Shown here one piece after another: positions 1-8,507 of a DNA stretch of 51,769 bases. The number at the start of each line of letters is the position of its first letter. Position 1 is the first letter of the stretch. The stretch is from Bacteroidia bacterium. GTDB taxonomy: Bacteria; Bacteroidota; Bacteroidia; NS11-12g; UBA955. Both the position numbers and the translations under genes were made by a program. A model generated the notes under the pieces. It saw nothing but the letters and a program-made list of their open reading frames with translations. It did not search any database and had not been told where the DNA came from. The stretch is from positions 1 through 51,769 of the forward strand of contig JBIPNH010000006.1 of assembly GCA_044373665.1 (NCBI GenBank), in the 5' to 3' direction.

Positions 1-3000
1 GGAGGAACGCCAACAAGTTCAAGTGGTCCATTCGTGTCTGTTCTTTGGAATGCGACCGGACCCTATAGTTTGTCTCTTTATCAAATTGACCCTGCTACAG
101 GCTGCCAATCAAGCGCTATTAACTACACTGTAAATTCTATTTTACCATTGTCGCCTGCTACTATAATTGGAGCAAGTTCAGCTTGTTCAAATTCTGCAAT
201 CGCTGGCGCCTATTCAACTCCTTCCCCTGGTTCTAGCTTTGTTTGGACAATTACACCAACAGCCGCAGGAAGTGTAACCTCAGGAAATTATTCTCCTAAT
301 ATTGATGTGCAATGGAACAATTGGACCGGAACCGCCTTGATAACTTTAGTAAGAAATGTTTGCGGTGTTAGTCATACTACATTCTTTTCGGTTAATGTGA
401 CATCACCTCCAACACCTTCTATTACAGTACCGCCTTCTGCATGTCAAGGTGCAACCGTAACTATGAGCAGCAGTTCTCCTGGAGCTACTTTTACATGGAA
501 TTTTGGCAATGGTGGAACGGGTTCTGGGTCTCCTGTTACGCATGTATTTAACAGTCCTGGTACTTATAATGTTATTGTAACGGCTAATTACAGCGGTTCA
601 TGCACAGGAAGTGCTACTGCAGCCTCTACTATTGTAATTAATCCAAGACCAATTGTTAATATATCAACGCCCGACCCTAATATTTTTTGCGGTACAGTGG
701 GCAATGTTTCCATGTTTGTCGCAGCGCCAGCTATTGCTACCACTTATCAATGGTACCGATCGCCATCAACATTGCTTGCAACAGGCCCTTCTTATACTTC
801 AAATGTAATTGGAACCTATTATGTTGTAGCCACTAATTCTTTTGGTTGCACCGGCACAAGTAATACTATTTTAATAGACACAACTTGCAAAAAATGTATT
901 CCTGATCCTAATTATTTAGTTGATTTTGCTATCATTAAACAAGCGTGTAACAAGGATAGTTTTTCTGGAACATACACCAGTGGCGCGAGCAGTCCTTTCT
1001 ATAACTTTGATGACCCATTTGGTAGTCCAAATATTGTGTTTGGCAATACCGCTACACATACTTTCCCTGAACCTGGTTATTACCGTGTTAGATTTTGCGT
1101 TAATGTTCCTGATACTAGTCAATTAGATTCATGTACTATCTGTAAAATGAGAGTTGATACCATTAAATACATTCCTAATTTTTATACTTCATTTACGTGT
1201 TTAAATGGCTCAGGCAGTATGCAATTGAATTTAGTTAATACAACAAAAATTTTATCTGGCTACCCCACTCCTTCTTATGCTTGGAATATCAATAGTAATC
1301 CTGTGTTTAGTACCTCTGCAAATACTTCAATTGTGTTAAGCACTGGAACATACAATGTCACTCTCACTGTGAATGGAGTATGCGTAAAAACCATCTCCGT
1401 AACAGTACCCGGATTTCCTCAAGCCAATTTTTCTGCACCCGATTCAGTCTGTGTTAATGCCCCCATACCGTTTACCAATACAAGTACCGGATTTTACACC
1501 AAATCTGTGTGGCATTTTGGTGACCTATCTTCTGTAATAGCAAATTCACCAATAAAAGCTTATGCAAGTGCTGGTTTGTTTAATGTTAAGTTAGTTATTA
1601 CCAATGTTTATGGATGTAAAGATTCAATCATTAAATCAATTAGAGTTTTACCAAATACACTCTCTGCGCTTATCAATGCTATGGGGCCTACTTCTTTCTG
1701 TGAAGGGTCTTCTGTTACTTTACAAAGTTCTGTTAGTTTGGGATACCCAAGTTATGGCTATTTGTGGAATACCACAGCCACCACTGCCAATATTAACGCA
1801 CAATACACAGGTAAATATTATTTAGATGTTAGTGACAGTAAAGGCTGTTTTTCACGTTCTAACTTTATTGATGTTTTGGTTCATCCACAACCTCGACCTA
1901 ATATTAGTGGTCCAAATTCTGTGTGTTTTGGAACAAATCCTAAATTTTCTGTCAATTATCCTGCTACACCATACACTATTAATTGGAGTTTGGATGGCGC
2001 CAACACCCCTTGGCTTAATCAACCTAATGCAACCTTCTTCGGGCTTTCGGTTGGACCACATTCATTGGTAGTTCAAGTAACAAGTCCCAATAATTGTGTT
2101 GGCCTCGATACTTTTAATTTTATGGTTAATCCGACACCAAACGCATATATTCTGCCAAACGCTTCATTGTGTGAAGGACAGTCGCACTTATTGGTTGGAG
2201 GTTCGTTTTCGCCAAATATTATGGCTAATTACTGGAATACGGGGTCAAACAATGACTCAATAACAGTATCTGCCCCTAGTACTTATTTATTCACAGTAAT
2301 TGACTCTAACGGTTGCAAAAATACAGTTTCTAAAACAGTATATCCTTTACCTGACTTCTGTGGCTTGCTGACTGGATGTTATGATATTTGTGATACTGTA
2401 ACACAATTGGTATGGCATGCACCTAAAGGATATGCTTCTTATCAATGGTATTATTTCAACAATCCAATTCCTTGGGCCACTAATGATACTTTCCATGTGC
2501 CGCTTTATCAATCGGGAACTTACTACTTAAGACTTACTTCGGCGCAGGGTTGTACCAAATTGTCTCCTGCCATAATCATCAAGTTTATCAATTGTGGTTC
2601 CGATTGTCAATTAAATGCAAGCGTACAAATTGCTTGCTCACAAGTGAATCAACAAGGCTATCAAACATACAGTGTAACGATGCAAATTAACAACAGCTTG
2701 TCGAGTGGGGCAGGGGTTTCGGTTACATCGCCTAATGGTATTATTAGCGGCTTATCACCAGGCACTTTACCTTTAGGCCTTAGTACAGTAACCTTTACGT
2801 TTACAGATGTGCCTCCGGTAAACACTTCAACTTGCTTTACGGTAACATTGTTTGATGAAAACAAAAAATGCGACACAACCATTTGTGTTAAGTTGCCACC
2901 TTGTGAGGACAAGTGTGAAAAATCAATTCGATTAAAATCGTTCGATTGTGCAGGTACAGATGGTTCAGGTAATCCAATGTATCAAATGTGTTTGGATGTT

Positions 3001-3813
3001 TTCTGGGGAGGTAGTAATGGTTCTTCATTAAGTGTTAATACAACATCAGGCACTGTTACAATTAGTCCTGTTACTGTTAACAATGGCAATCAAACCATTT
3101 GTTTTACCTATACAGATTTACCTCCTTTGAATAATGCGGCTATGTTTTATTTCAATTTCTTTGATCCTCAAAAAGAAAAAATTTGTAAAGACTCTTTGAG
3201 AGTTGGCTACAAGCCATGTAAAGATACTTGTAAAGTAGGTGTATATGGTTTGTGTGTGCATTGTAAAGAGCAAAGTACCACAGGAACTTTGTATGACATT
3301 GAACTTACGGTAATGAATACTTTGGGAACAAATGCCAATGTTTCTGTTTTACCAATAGCTGCAGGTTCATTCGGAGCTCCGGTGCCTAATCCCGTTCCAC
3401 CAGGCATTTCAAACGTTAATATCCCTTTCACTGATTTGGGTCCAAGAGACAGTATCATATGCTTTAGAATATTGTTAACGGCACAAAATAAGTCATGCTG
3501 GCAAGATGTTTGTGTGTATTTACCTGAGTGTGATGAGCACAGTAATTTGAATAAAATACAAGCATTGTCATTCTTTAGTTTGGCTCCAAATCCTGCGGAT
3601 GATGTTGTATTAATTCAATTATCACCATTACAAACGGATAATAATAGCATTGAAGTTAGAGATATGTCAGGGAAGTTGTTAGAAACTCATGACATAGCTA
3701 GTAATGAAACACAAAGAAAATTGACCATTAATAATTGGTCGGATGGCGTTTACTACGTAACACTAAAAAGCAACGGTGTATTTAGAGGCACTATTAAGTT
3801 GGTTAAACAATAG
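1..3813 (+). CDS. Large secreted PKD/Ig-like repeat protein with T9SS type A C-terminal sorting domain (5'-truncated by the window)
   Basis: Frame 1 is open from base 1 (GGTPTSSSGPF before the track's GTG at 34). PKD motifs WNFGNG..HVFNSPGTYNV, FDDP..HTFPEPGYYRV and WHFGD..KAYASAGLFNVKL. The C-terminus FSLAPNPA...IEVRDMSGKLL...WSDGVYYVTL...KLVKQ matches the T9SS type A CTD pattern. Confidence 0.85.
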   Translation, partial: GGTPTSSSGPFVSVLWNATGPYSLSLYQIDPATGCQSSAINYTVNSILPLSPATIIGASSACSNSAIAGAYSTPSPGSSFVWTITPTAAGSVTSGNYSPNIDVQWNNWTGTALITLVRNVCGVSHTTFFSVNVTSPPTPSITVPPSACQGATVTMSSSSPGATFTWNFGNGGTGSGSPVTHVFNSPGTYNVIVTANYSGSCTGSATAASTIVINPRPIVNISTPDPNIFCGTVGNVSMFVAAPAIATTYQWYRSPSTLLATGPSYTSNVIGTYYVVATNSFGCTGTSNTILIDTTCKKCIPDPNYLVDFAIIKQACNKDSFSGTYTSGASSPFYNFDDPFGSPNIVFGNTATHTFPEPGYYRVRFCVNVPDTSQLDSCTICKMRVDTIKYIPNFYTSFTCLNGSGSMQLNLVNTTKILSGYPTPSYAWNINSNPVFSTSANTSIVLSTGTYNVTLTVNGVCVKTISVTVPGFPQANFSAPDSVCVNAPIPFTNTSTGFYTKSVWHFGDLSSVIANSPIKAYASAGLFNVKLVITNVYGCKDSIIKSIRVLPNTLSALINAMGPTSFCEGSSVTLQSSVSLGYPSYGYLWNTTATTANINAQYTGKYYLDVSDSKGCFSRSNFIDVLVHPQPRPNISGPNSVCFGTNPKFSVNYPATPYTINWSLDGANTPWLNQPNATFFGLSVGPHSLVVQVTSPNNCVGLDTFNFMVNPTPNAYILPNASLCEGQSHLLVGGSFSPNIMANYWNTGSNNDSITVSAPSTYLFTVIDSNGCKNTVSKTVYPLPDFCGLLTGCYDICDTVTQLVWHAPKGYASYQWYYFNNPIPWATNDTFHVPLYQSGTYYLRLTSAQGCTKLSPAIIIKFINCGSDCQLNASVQIACSQVNQQGYQTYSVTMQINNSLSSGAGVSVTSPNGIISGLSPGTLPLGLSTVTFTFTDVPPVNTSTCFTVTLFDENKKCDTTICVKLPPCEDKCEKSIRLKSFDCAGTDGSGNPMYQMCLDVFWGGSNGSSLSVNTTSGTVTISPVTVNNGNQTICFTYTDLPPLNNAAMFYFNFFDPQKEKICKDSLRVGYKPCKDTCKVGVYGLCVHCKEQSTTGTLYDIELTVMNTLGTNANVSVLPIAAGSFGAPVPNPVPPGISNVNIPFTDLGPRDSIICFRILLTAQNKSCWQDVCVYLPECDEHSNLNKIQALSFFSLAPNPADDVVLIQLSPLQTDNNSIEVRDMSGKLLETHDIASNETQRKLTINNWSDGVYYVTLKSNGVFRGTIKLVKQ

Positions 3814-3833
3814 TTAATTTATTTTCACTTCTT

Positions 3834-3867
3834 AAAAAGCAAGTTCAGCAATGAACTTGCTTTTTTT
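3834..3867 (+). terminator. Intrinsic terminator, potentially bidirectional
   Basis: AAAAAGCAAGTTCA-GCAA-TGAACTTGCTTTTTTT: perfect stem, GNRA loop and T tract, 20 bp after the stop codon. Confidence 0.85.
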
Positions 3868-4034
3868 AATCAAAATATTTTCCCTACTTCGTTGTAAGAT
3901 TTTGTGTGAAATGGGTGTCTGGAAATTACTCCTTTCTTAATAAGACTTAACATAATAGGGTAGATTCTGATGCATTTGCTGAACTTGATAAAATCGCTTG
4001 CCTACAAACTCATTGCGCAAAATTAATCCAAACC

Positions 4035-4162
4035 GTCATGCTGGAAAAAGCAGAGCGTTGATTGTGTGCTGCGCTTTTATTCAGCATCTTTTAGTGAGAT
4101 TCTGAAATCTGTGTTGAAACAGATTCTGAATAAATTTTGAGGACAAAATTTTCCAGAATGAC
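4035..4162. repeat. Nested inverted-repeat element (REPIN/MITE-like)
   Basis: The ends GTCATGCTGGAAAA and TTTTCCAGAATGAC form a 14-bp inverted repeat with 1 mismatch. Internal TTATTCAGCATCT and AGATTCTGAATAA form a second inverted repeat with 1 mismatch. Confidence 0.65.
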
Positions 4163-4179
4163 AATACTATGTAATCGGC

Positions 4180-4203
4180 AGACGCCAAGCACGGCGTCTC
4201 TAC
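4180..4203 (-). repeat. GTAG-type REP-like palindrome
   Basis: The minus strand reads GTAGAGACGCCGTGCTTGGCGTCT: a GTAG tetranucleotide next to an AGACGCC/GGCGTCT hairpin. Confidence 0.6.
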
Positions 4204-4209
4204 CAATAA

Positions 4210-4320
4210 TCACGCTGCAAGGCGTGAAACAATTAAACAATTTAACAATCACGCTGCAAGGCGTGAAAACAATTTAACAATTAACCAATTAACATCCCGC
4301 TGCACGGCGTGAAACAATTA
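4210..4320. repeat. Three copies of hairpin TCACGCTGCAAGGCGTGAAAC separated by AACAATT-rich spacers
   Basis: Copies start at 4210, 4249 and 4295; the third has 2 substitutions. Each folds as TCACGC/GCGTGA. Confidence 0.8.
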
Positions 4321-4329
4321 ACTGTCATA

Positions 4330-4356
4330 TACAGACGCCTCGCAAGGCGTCTGTAC
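4330..4356 (-). repeat. REP-like palindrome (GTAC variant)
   Basis: TACAGACGCCT-CGCA-AGGCGTCTGTA is a perfect 11-bp stem and shares its AGACGCC/GGCGTCT core with the element at 4180. Confidence 0.65.
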
Positions 4357-4362
4357 CATTAA

Positions 4363-4404
4363 CTAATAACTAATAACTAATAACCACTAACCACTACCCA
4401 CTAA
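4363..4404. repeat. Heptamer tandem repeat (CTAATAA)x3 + (CCACTAA/C)x3
   Basis: Six consecutive 7-mers read directly from the sequence. Confidence 0.85.
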
Positions 4405-4409
4405 GGCAC

Positions 4410-4440
4410 AAAAAAAAGGGTTGAATAATCAACCCTTTTT
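4410..4440 (-). terminator. Intrinsic terminator of the exbB-exbD operon (bidirectional shape)
   Basis: AAAAAAAAGGGTTGA-ATAA-TCAACCCTTTTT, 20 bp past the exbD stop on the minus strand. Confidence 0.85.
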
Positions 4441-4460
4441 CTAAATATTGTTAATGAAGA

Positions 4461-4934
4461 TTAATCTTTGGTTTTAACCATTCCTTTGTTTGTAGAATAG
4501 ATGATTTTAAGCGCATTCGCTTCTCTTAAACCTTGTTTTACATCTTGAACAATGCCCATTTTAATGTCTCTGTCAGCTTTGATAGAAACTGTAAATAAAG
4601 GAACTAAGTTACTTGGTAATCTTTTTTTCTCTTCTTCTACCCATACTGGAATGGATCTAGGATCTTTAAAAGCATCGTTTAATTGTAAACGGGTAGAGGT
4701 TCCAAAAATTTCAGGTTGTTTTGGTTTCCCAATGTATAAATAGGTAACTACTTGTTTATTTTCAAGTGTTGTTACTTCAGTAGCAACCGGAACAGATATT
4801 TTAACTTTTATTTCATCGTCTTTCATTTTGGTTACAACCATGAAGAAAAACAACAACATAAATACGATATCGGGTAACGAAGCCGTGTTAATATTCTGTG
4901 AATCTGAGCTACCGCTTTTTTTGAATTTTGCCAT
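4461..4934 (-). CDS. exbD: Biopolymer transport protein, ExbD/TolR family
   Basis: INTASLPDIVFMLLFFFMVVT transmembrane motif with the conserved Asp; C-terminal SIKAD...MGIVQDVKQGLREANALKI. Confidence 0.92.
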   Translation of the reverse strand: MAKFKKSGSSDSQNINTASLPDIVFMLLFFFMVVTKMKDDEIKVKISVPVATEVTTLENKQVVTYLYIGKPKQPEIFGTSTRLQLNDAFKDPRSIPVWVEEEKKRLPSNLVPLFTVSIKADRDIKMGIVQDVKQGLREANALKIIYSTNKGMVKTKD

Positions 4935-4952
4935 TAGTCGTTTTTAATTATT

Positions 4953-5507
4953 TTATTTTAAATCGAAAGCATTTTCTGGTTCAGCTTCTGAAATTTTTTG
5001 AGGGTATTTTTTTGCGACTTCTTGTTGTTGTTTACTTCCTTTTCCTAACTCAGCATAAGTAGAACCGTATTGATTCAACGCATATTCATCACGCAATTCA
5101 TTGTAGGCGCGTTTCAATTCGTTTTGAACCATAATGTAAACACCATAAGAAGTGCCTTTGTCATTTTTCAATGAAATAACAGCCTTATCTGGATTTTCAC
5201 TTAAATTTGGGTCAATACCATTGTTTGAAATGAATTTTTTAGTGCTTTCGGTTAAATCCTCGATGTTCATCCAATTGTTTTCAACAAGCAATTGATTATT
5301 GGCGTTAATTAAAACCTCATAAATATTTCTTGCTTTAATGGTAGGAGGGTCAGGTTGATCCTCAGTTAATTTTGGCGGAAGTTTAATAGGAATACCCTTG
5401 TCACTGTCAATACTTGTGGTTACCAAAAAGAAAATAAGAAGCAAGAAGGCAATATCTGCCATCGAACCTGCGTTAATTTCTGGTAATTTTCTTGAAGTTC
5501 TAGCCAT
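4953..5507 (-). CDS. exbD: Biopolymer transport protein, ExbD/TolR family
   Basis: [23 protein letters not shown] motif; lies in an operon with exbB. Confidence 0.92.
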   Translation of the reverse strand: MARTSRKLPEINAGSMADIAFLLLIFFLVTTSIDSDKGIPIKLPPKLTEDQPDPPTIKARNIYEVLINANNQLLVENNWMNIEDLTESTKKFISNNGIDPNLSENPDKAVISLKNDKGTSYGVYIMVQNELKRAYNELRDEYALNQYGSTYAELGKGSKQQQEVAKKYPQKISEAEPENAFDLK

Positions 5508-5510
5508 GGT

Positions 5511-5939
5511 TTAGAATCTTTTAATAAAGTCTCTGATTGAAGCAAAAAAGGTTAAAGCTACAGCACCAACTAAAATGATATAAGTTGCAATGATGCTACC
5601 ACCAATCATTCTTGAATAAAATACTGTGTCAACTCCAAATTCAGCCCAATTAGGTTGTAATACTGCACTGTCTGAAAAGTATCCTATTACAGTTAAAACA
5701 GTTAAAATACCTAAACCAACCATGAACATCATAGCAGATTTTGGTTTCTGTAATAAACTTTTGATAGCGAGCGCAATTGAAGACAAAAGAGTAACAACCA
5801 ATAAAATATACATTAATATCATACCTAATCCAACAGGCATGTCAACATCATTACTACCAGCTATTAGGATCATCATCGTTAATATAACTGACAAGCCGAT
5901 AGTGACAGCGTAAAAAATATTTTTACTCAGTTTGTTCAT
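5511..5939 (-). CDS. Four-TM membrane protein of the Bacteroidota exbB-exbD operon
   Basis: Four hydrophobic segments; tightly packed between exbB and exbD. Confidence 0.75.
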   Translation of the reverse strand: MNKLSKNIFYAVTIGLSVILTMMILIAGSNDVDMPVGLGMILMYILLVVTLLSSIALAIKSLLQKPKSAMMFMVGLGILTVLTVIGYFSDSAVLQPNWAEFGVDTVFYSRMIGGSIIATYIILVGAVALTFFASIRDFIKRF

Positions 5940-5944
5940 ATTGC

Positions 5945-6757
5945 TTATTTTACAATTTTATTTTTGATTAACATATCAGTTAATGAGATAGAAGCATCTT
6001 CCATTTCGTTAGCGATACTGTCTATTTTAGATAACAATAAGTTATAGAATATTTGAAGGATAATCGCAACAATCAAACCTGCAACTGTTGTTAACAATGC
6101 CACTTTAATACCACTCGCAACAATGGTTGGAGAAATATCACCTGCTGCTGCAATCATATCAAATGCATAAATCATACCTACAACCGTTCCTAAGAAACCT
6201 AACATCGGTGCTAATGCAATGAACAATGAAATCCAAACCATTCCTTTTTCTAATTGTCCCATTTGAACTGAACCATAAGATTGAACTGCTGCATCTACTT
6301 TTTCAATACCTTCGTCAACTCTATCTAAACCTTGGTAATAGATACTAGCGATAGGGCCTTTTGTGTTTCTGCACTCTTCTTTTGCAGCTTCAACACCTTT
6401 AGTACGTAAAAGTTCTTCAACTCTACTTACAAATTTTTGAGTGTTGATACCCATTAAGAATAATGAGATGATTCTTTCAATAACAATAGCTAATCCAATA
6501 AGCATACAAATCAATACCGGTGCCATCCAAATTGGATCTCCCTCGATGAATTTGTTTTTGATTACTTGGTGTCCTGATGGTGCTTCTGCTTTTTTCTCTT
6601 CTTTTGCTGGGGCTTCAGTTGCAACAGCCTCTGTTTTAACATTGGTGTCTGGTGTAGTTTCTTCTGTAGCAGGTGCTGGAGGAGTTTGAGCCATTACAGA
6701 ACTCATGTTACTGCTAAACAAGCTAATTCCAAGAATTAAGGCGAATAATTTTTTCAT
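5945..6757 (-). CDS. exbB: MotA/TolQ/ExbB proton channel family protein
   Basis: Motifs IALAPMLGFLGTVVGMI and GIKVALLTTVAGLIVAI; N-terminal signal peptide. Confidence 0.93.
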   Translation of the reverse strand: MKKLFALILGISLFSSNMSSVMAQTPPAPATEETTPDTNVKTEAVATEAPAKEEKKAEAPSGHQVIKNKFIEGDPIWMAPVLICMLIGLAIVIERIISLFLMGINTQKFVSRVEELLRTKGVEAAKEECRNTKGPIASIYYQGLDRVDEGIEKVDAAVQSYGSVQMGQLEKGMVWISLFIALAPMLGFLGTVVGMIYAFDMIAAAGDISPTIVASGIKVALLTTVAGLIVAIILQIFYNLLLSKIDSIANEMEDASISLTDMLIKNKIVK

Positions 6758-6785
6758 TTTTTTTTATTTTCTATTAATGAGACTG

Positions 6786-6793
6786 CAAAAATA
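6786..6793 (-). promoter_or_regulatory. Bacteroidota -7 promoter box for the exbB operon
   Basis: Minus strand TATTTTTG fits TAnnTTTG, about 30 bp upstream of the ATG. Confidence 0.55.
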
Positions 6794-6905
6794 TTAAAAT
6801 ATTCCACAATCTAAATTAAATATTAGTTAAATCTTTCTTTTTTTTCATCTTTTTAACGATAATTTTTATTTCTACCTTACAAATTCGTTAATTTGTGACA
6901 TACTT

Positions 6906-8270
6906 ATGACAAAATCTACGGTTAAATATTTTTGTAAGAATTGTGGTTACTCTGCCACTAAATGGCTTGGTAAATGTCCCTCGTGTGAGGAATGGAACAG
7001 TTTTACTGAAGAAATTGTCAATAAAACCGACCATTCTAAGAAATTATGGAACAAGTCTGAAAGTGGAACGCCCAGTAAAGCCATTCCTATGCAAGAAATA
7101 GAAAAAGGTTCTGAAACCAGAACTCTTTTGCCTGATAGTGAACTAAATCGCGTTCTTGGTGGTGGTTTGGTTTCTGGCTCTATAACACTCATTGGTGGAG
7201 AACCCGGCATTGGTAAATCAACCCTACTGCTGCAACTAGCACTCAAAATCAATCAACACGTCCTCTATATCAGTGGTGAAGAAAGCGAATCACAGTTAAA
7301 AATGCGTGCCGAACGGATTGGTATTGCCAACCAAAATTGCTATGTCATGTGTGAAACGTCGCTCGAAAACCTGATTTCCTTTTTGCAAAAAAATACGCCC
7401 GAACTCCTAATCGTGGATTCGGTACAAACCCTTTCTAGCGATTCTATTGATTCACCTCCCGGAAGTATCAGTCAGATAAAATATGCCACAGCCGAATTGC
7501 TTCGTTTTGCTAAGTCAACGGGTATTCCAGTGTTTTTAATCGGGCATATTAATAAGGATGGTAACATTGCGGGTCCTAAGGTTTTGGAACACATGGTGGA
7601 CACAGTTTTGCAATTTGAAGGCGACCGCCATTACAATTACAGAATTTTACGAACTCTCAAAAATCGTTTTGGTTCGGCTAGCGAAATCGGAATATACGAA
7701 ATGCGTGGCGATGGTCTTCGTGAAATCGAAAATCCTTCCGAAATATTGATTTCTGAGCGTGAGGAATTGTTGAGTGGTATTACCATCAGTTGTGCTGTGG
7801 AAGGTATTCGCCCTATATTGTTAGAAACACAATCTTTGGTCAGTTCTGCTGTTTATGGAACCCCACAGCGTACAAGCAATGGATTTGATTTAAGACGCCT
7901 CAGTATGCTTTTGGCCGTTCTCGAAAAACGATGTGGTTTCCAATTAGGAGTTAAAGACGTGTTCGTCAATATAGCAGGGGGCATGAAACTCGAAGACCCT
8001 GGATTGGATTTGGGGATTGTTGCAGCCGTTTTGTCTTCATACCAAAATGTACCAATCAATTCTCATATCGCTTTTTCAGCAGAAATTGGTTTAAGTGGTG
8101 AAGTTAGAGCGGTGTCACGTATCGAACAAAGAATCTCTGAAGCCCAAAAATTAGGGTTCAAAGAAATTATGATTTCTAAATATAACAAAGGAATCGACCT
8201 GAAATCTTACCAAATAAAAATTATCCAAATAGGAAAAGTTGAAGAAGCTTTTGAATACCTCTTTGGGTAA
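6906..8270 (+). CDS. radA: DNA repair protein RadA/Sms
   Basis: Zn finger CKNC...CPSC, Walker A GEPGIGKS, KNRFG motif and a Lon-like C-terminus. Confidence 0.97.
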   Translation: MTKSTVKYFCKNCGYSATKWLGKCPSCEEWNSFTEEIVNKTDHSKKLWNKSESGTPSKAIPMQEIEKGSETRTLLPDSELNRVLGGGLVSGSITLIGGEPGIGKSTLLLQLALKINQHVLYISGEESESQLKMRAERIGIANQNCYVMCETSLENLISFLQKNTPELLIVDSVQTLSSDSIDSPPGSISQIKYATAELLRFAKSTGIPVFLIGHINKDGNIAGPKVLEHMVDTVLQFEGDRHYNYRILRTLKNRFGSASEIGIYEMRGDGLREIENPSEILISEREELLSGITISCAVEGIRPILLETQSLVSSAVYGTPQRTSNGFDLRRLSMLLAVLEKRCGFQLGVKDVFVNIAGGMKLEDPGLDLGIVAAVLSSYQNVPINSHIAFSAEIGLSGEVRAVSRIEQRISEAQKLGFKEIMISKYNKGIDLKSYQIKIIQIGKVEEAFEYLFG

Positions 8271-8436
8271 ACCCAAATTAAGCACTAGACATTCTATTGC
8301 AAGCTAAATCTCTTCAAATCAGCTAATTATTGTTTTTCTTAACCATCCGACAATGTGGATGCTTTTCAAAATACAATAAGCTGATTTTTTGATATTTAAC
8401 TCTAATAACGAATTTCTAATACTTAAATTGGGTAAT

Positions 8437-8471
8437 AAAAAGGGACTTAACACTTAGTTAAATCCCTTTTT
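8437..8471. terminator. Bidirectional intrinsic terminator between radA and the M16 peptidase gene
   Basis: AAAAAGGGACTTAAC-ACTTA-GTTAAATCCCTTTTT between convergent genes. Confidence 0.7.
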
Positions 8472-8507
8472 AAAGTATAATAATAATAAAATCCTCTGAA
8501 TAGGGTA

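Noticed and set aside
916-3458. Short ORFs overlapping the PKD gene on both strands
   Set aside because: Shadow frames inside a long, motif-supported CDS, with no recognisable motifs.
4210-4320. Possible mini CRISPR array (three palindromic repeats at 39-46 bp spacing)
   Set aside because: Repeats are only ~21 bp, spacers are low-complexity AACAATT iterations rather than unique sequences, and there are no cas genes in the window.
6892-6914. Imperfect dyad at the radA start resembling the palindrome at 49202
   Set aside because: It needs a gap to align and overlaps the start codon; likely chance in AT-rich DNA.
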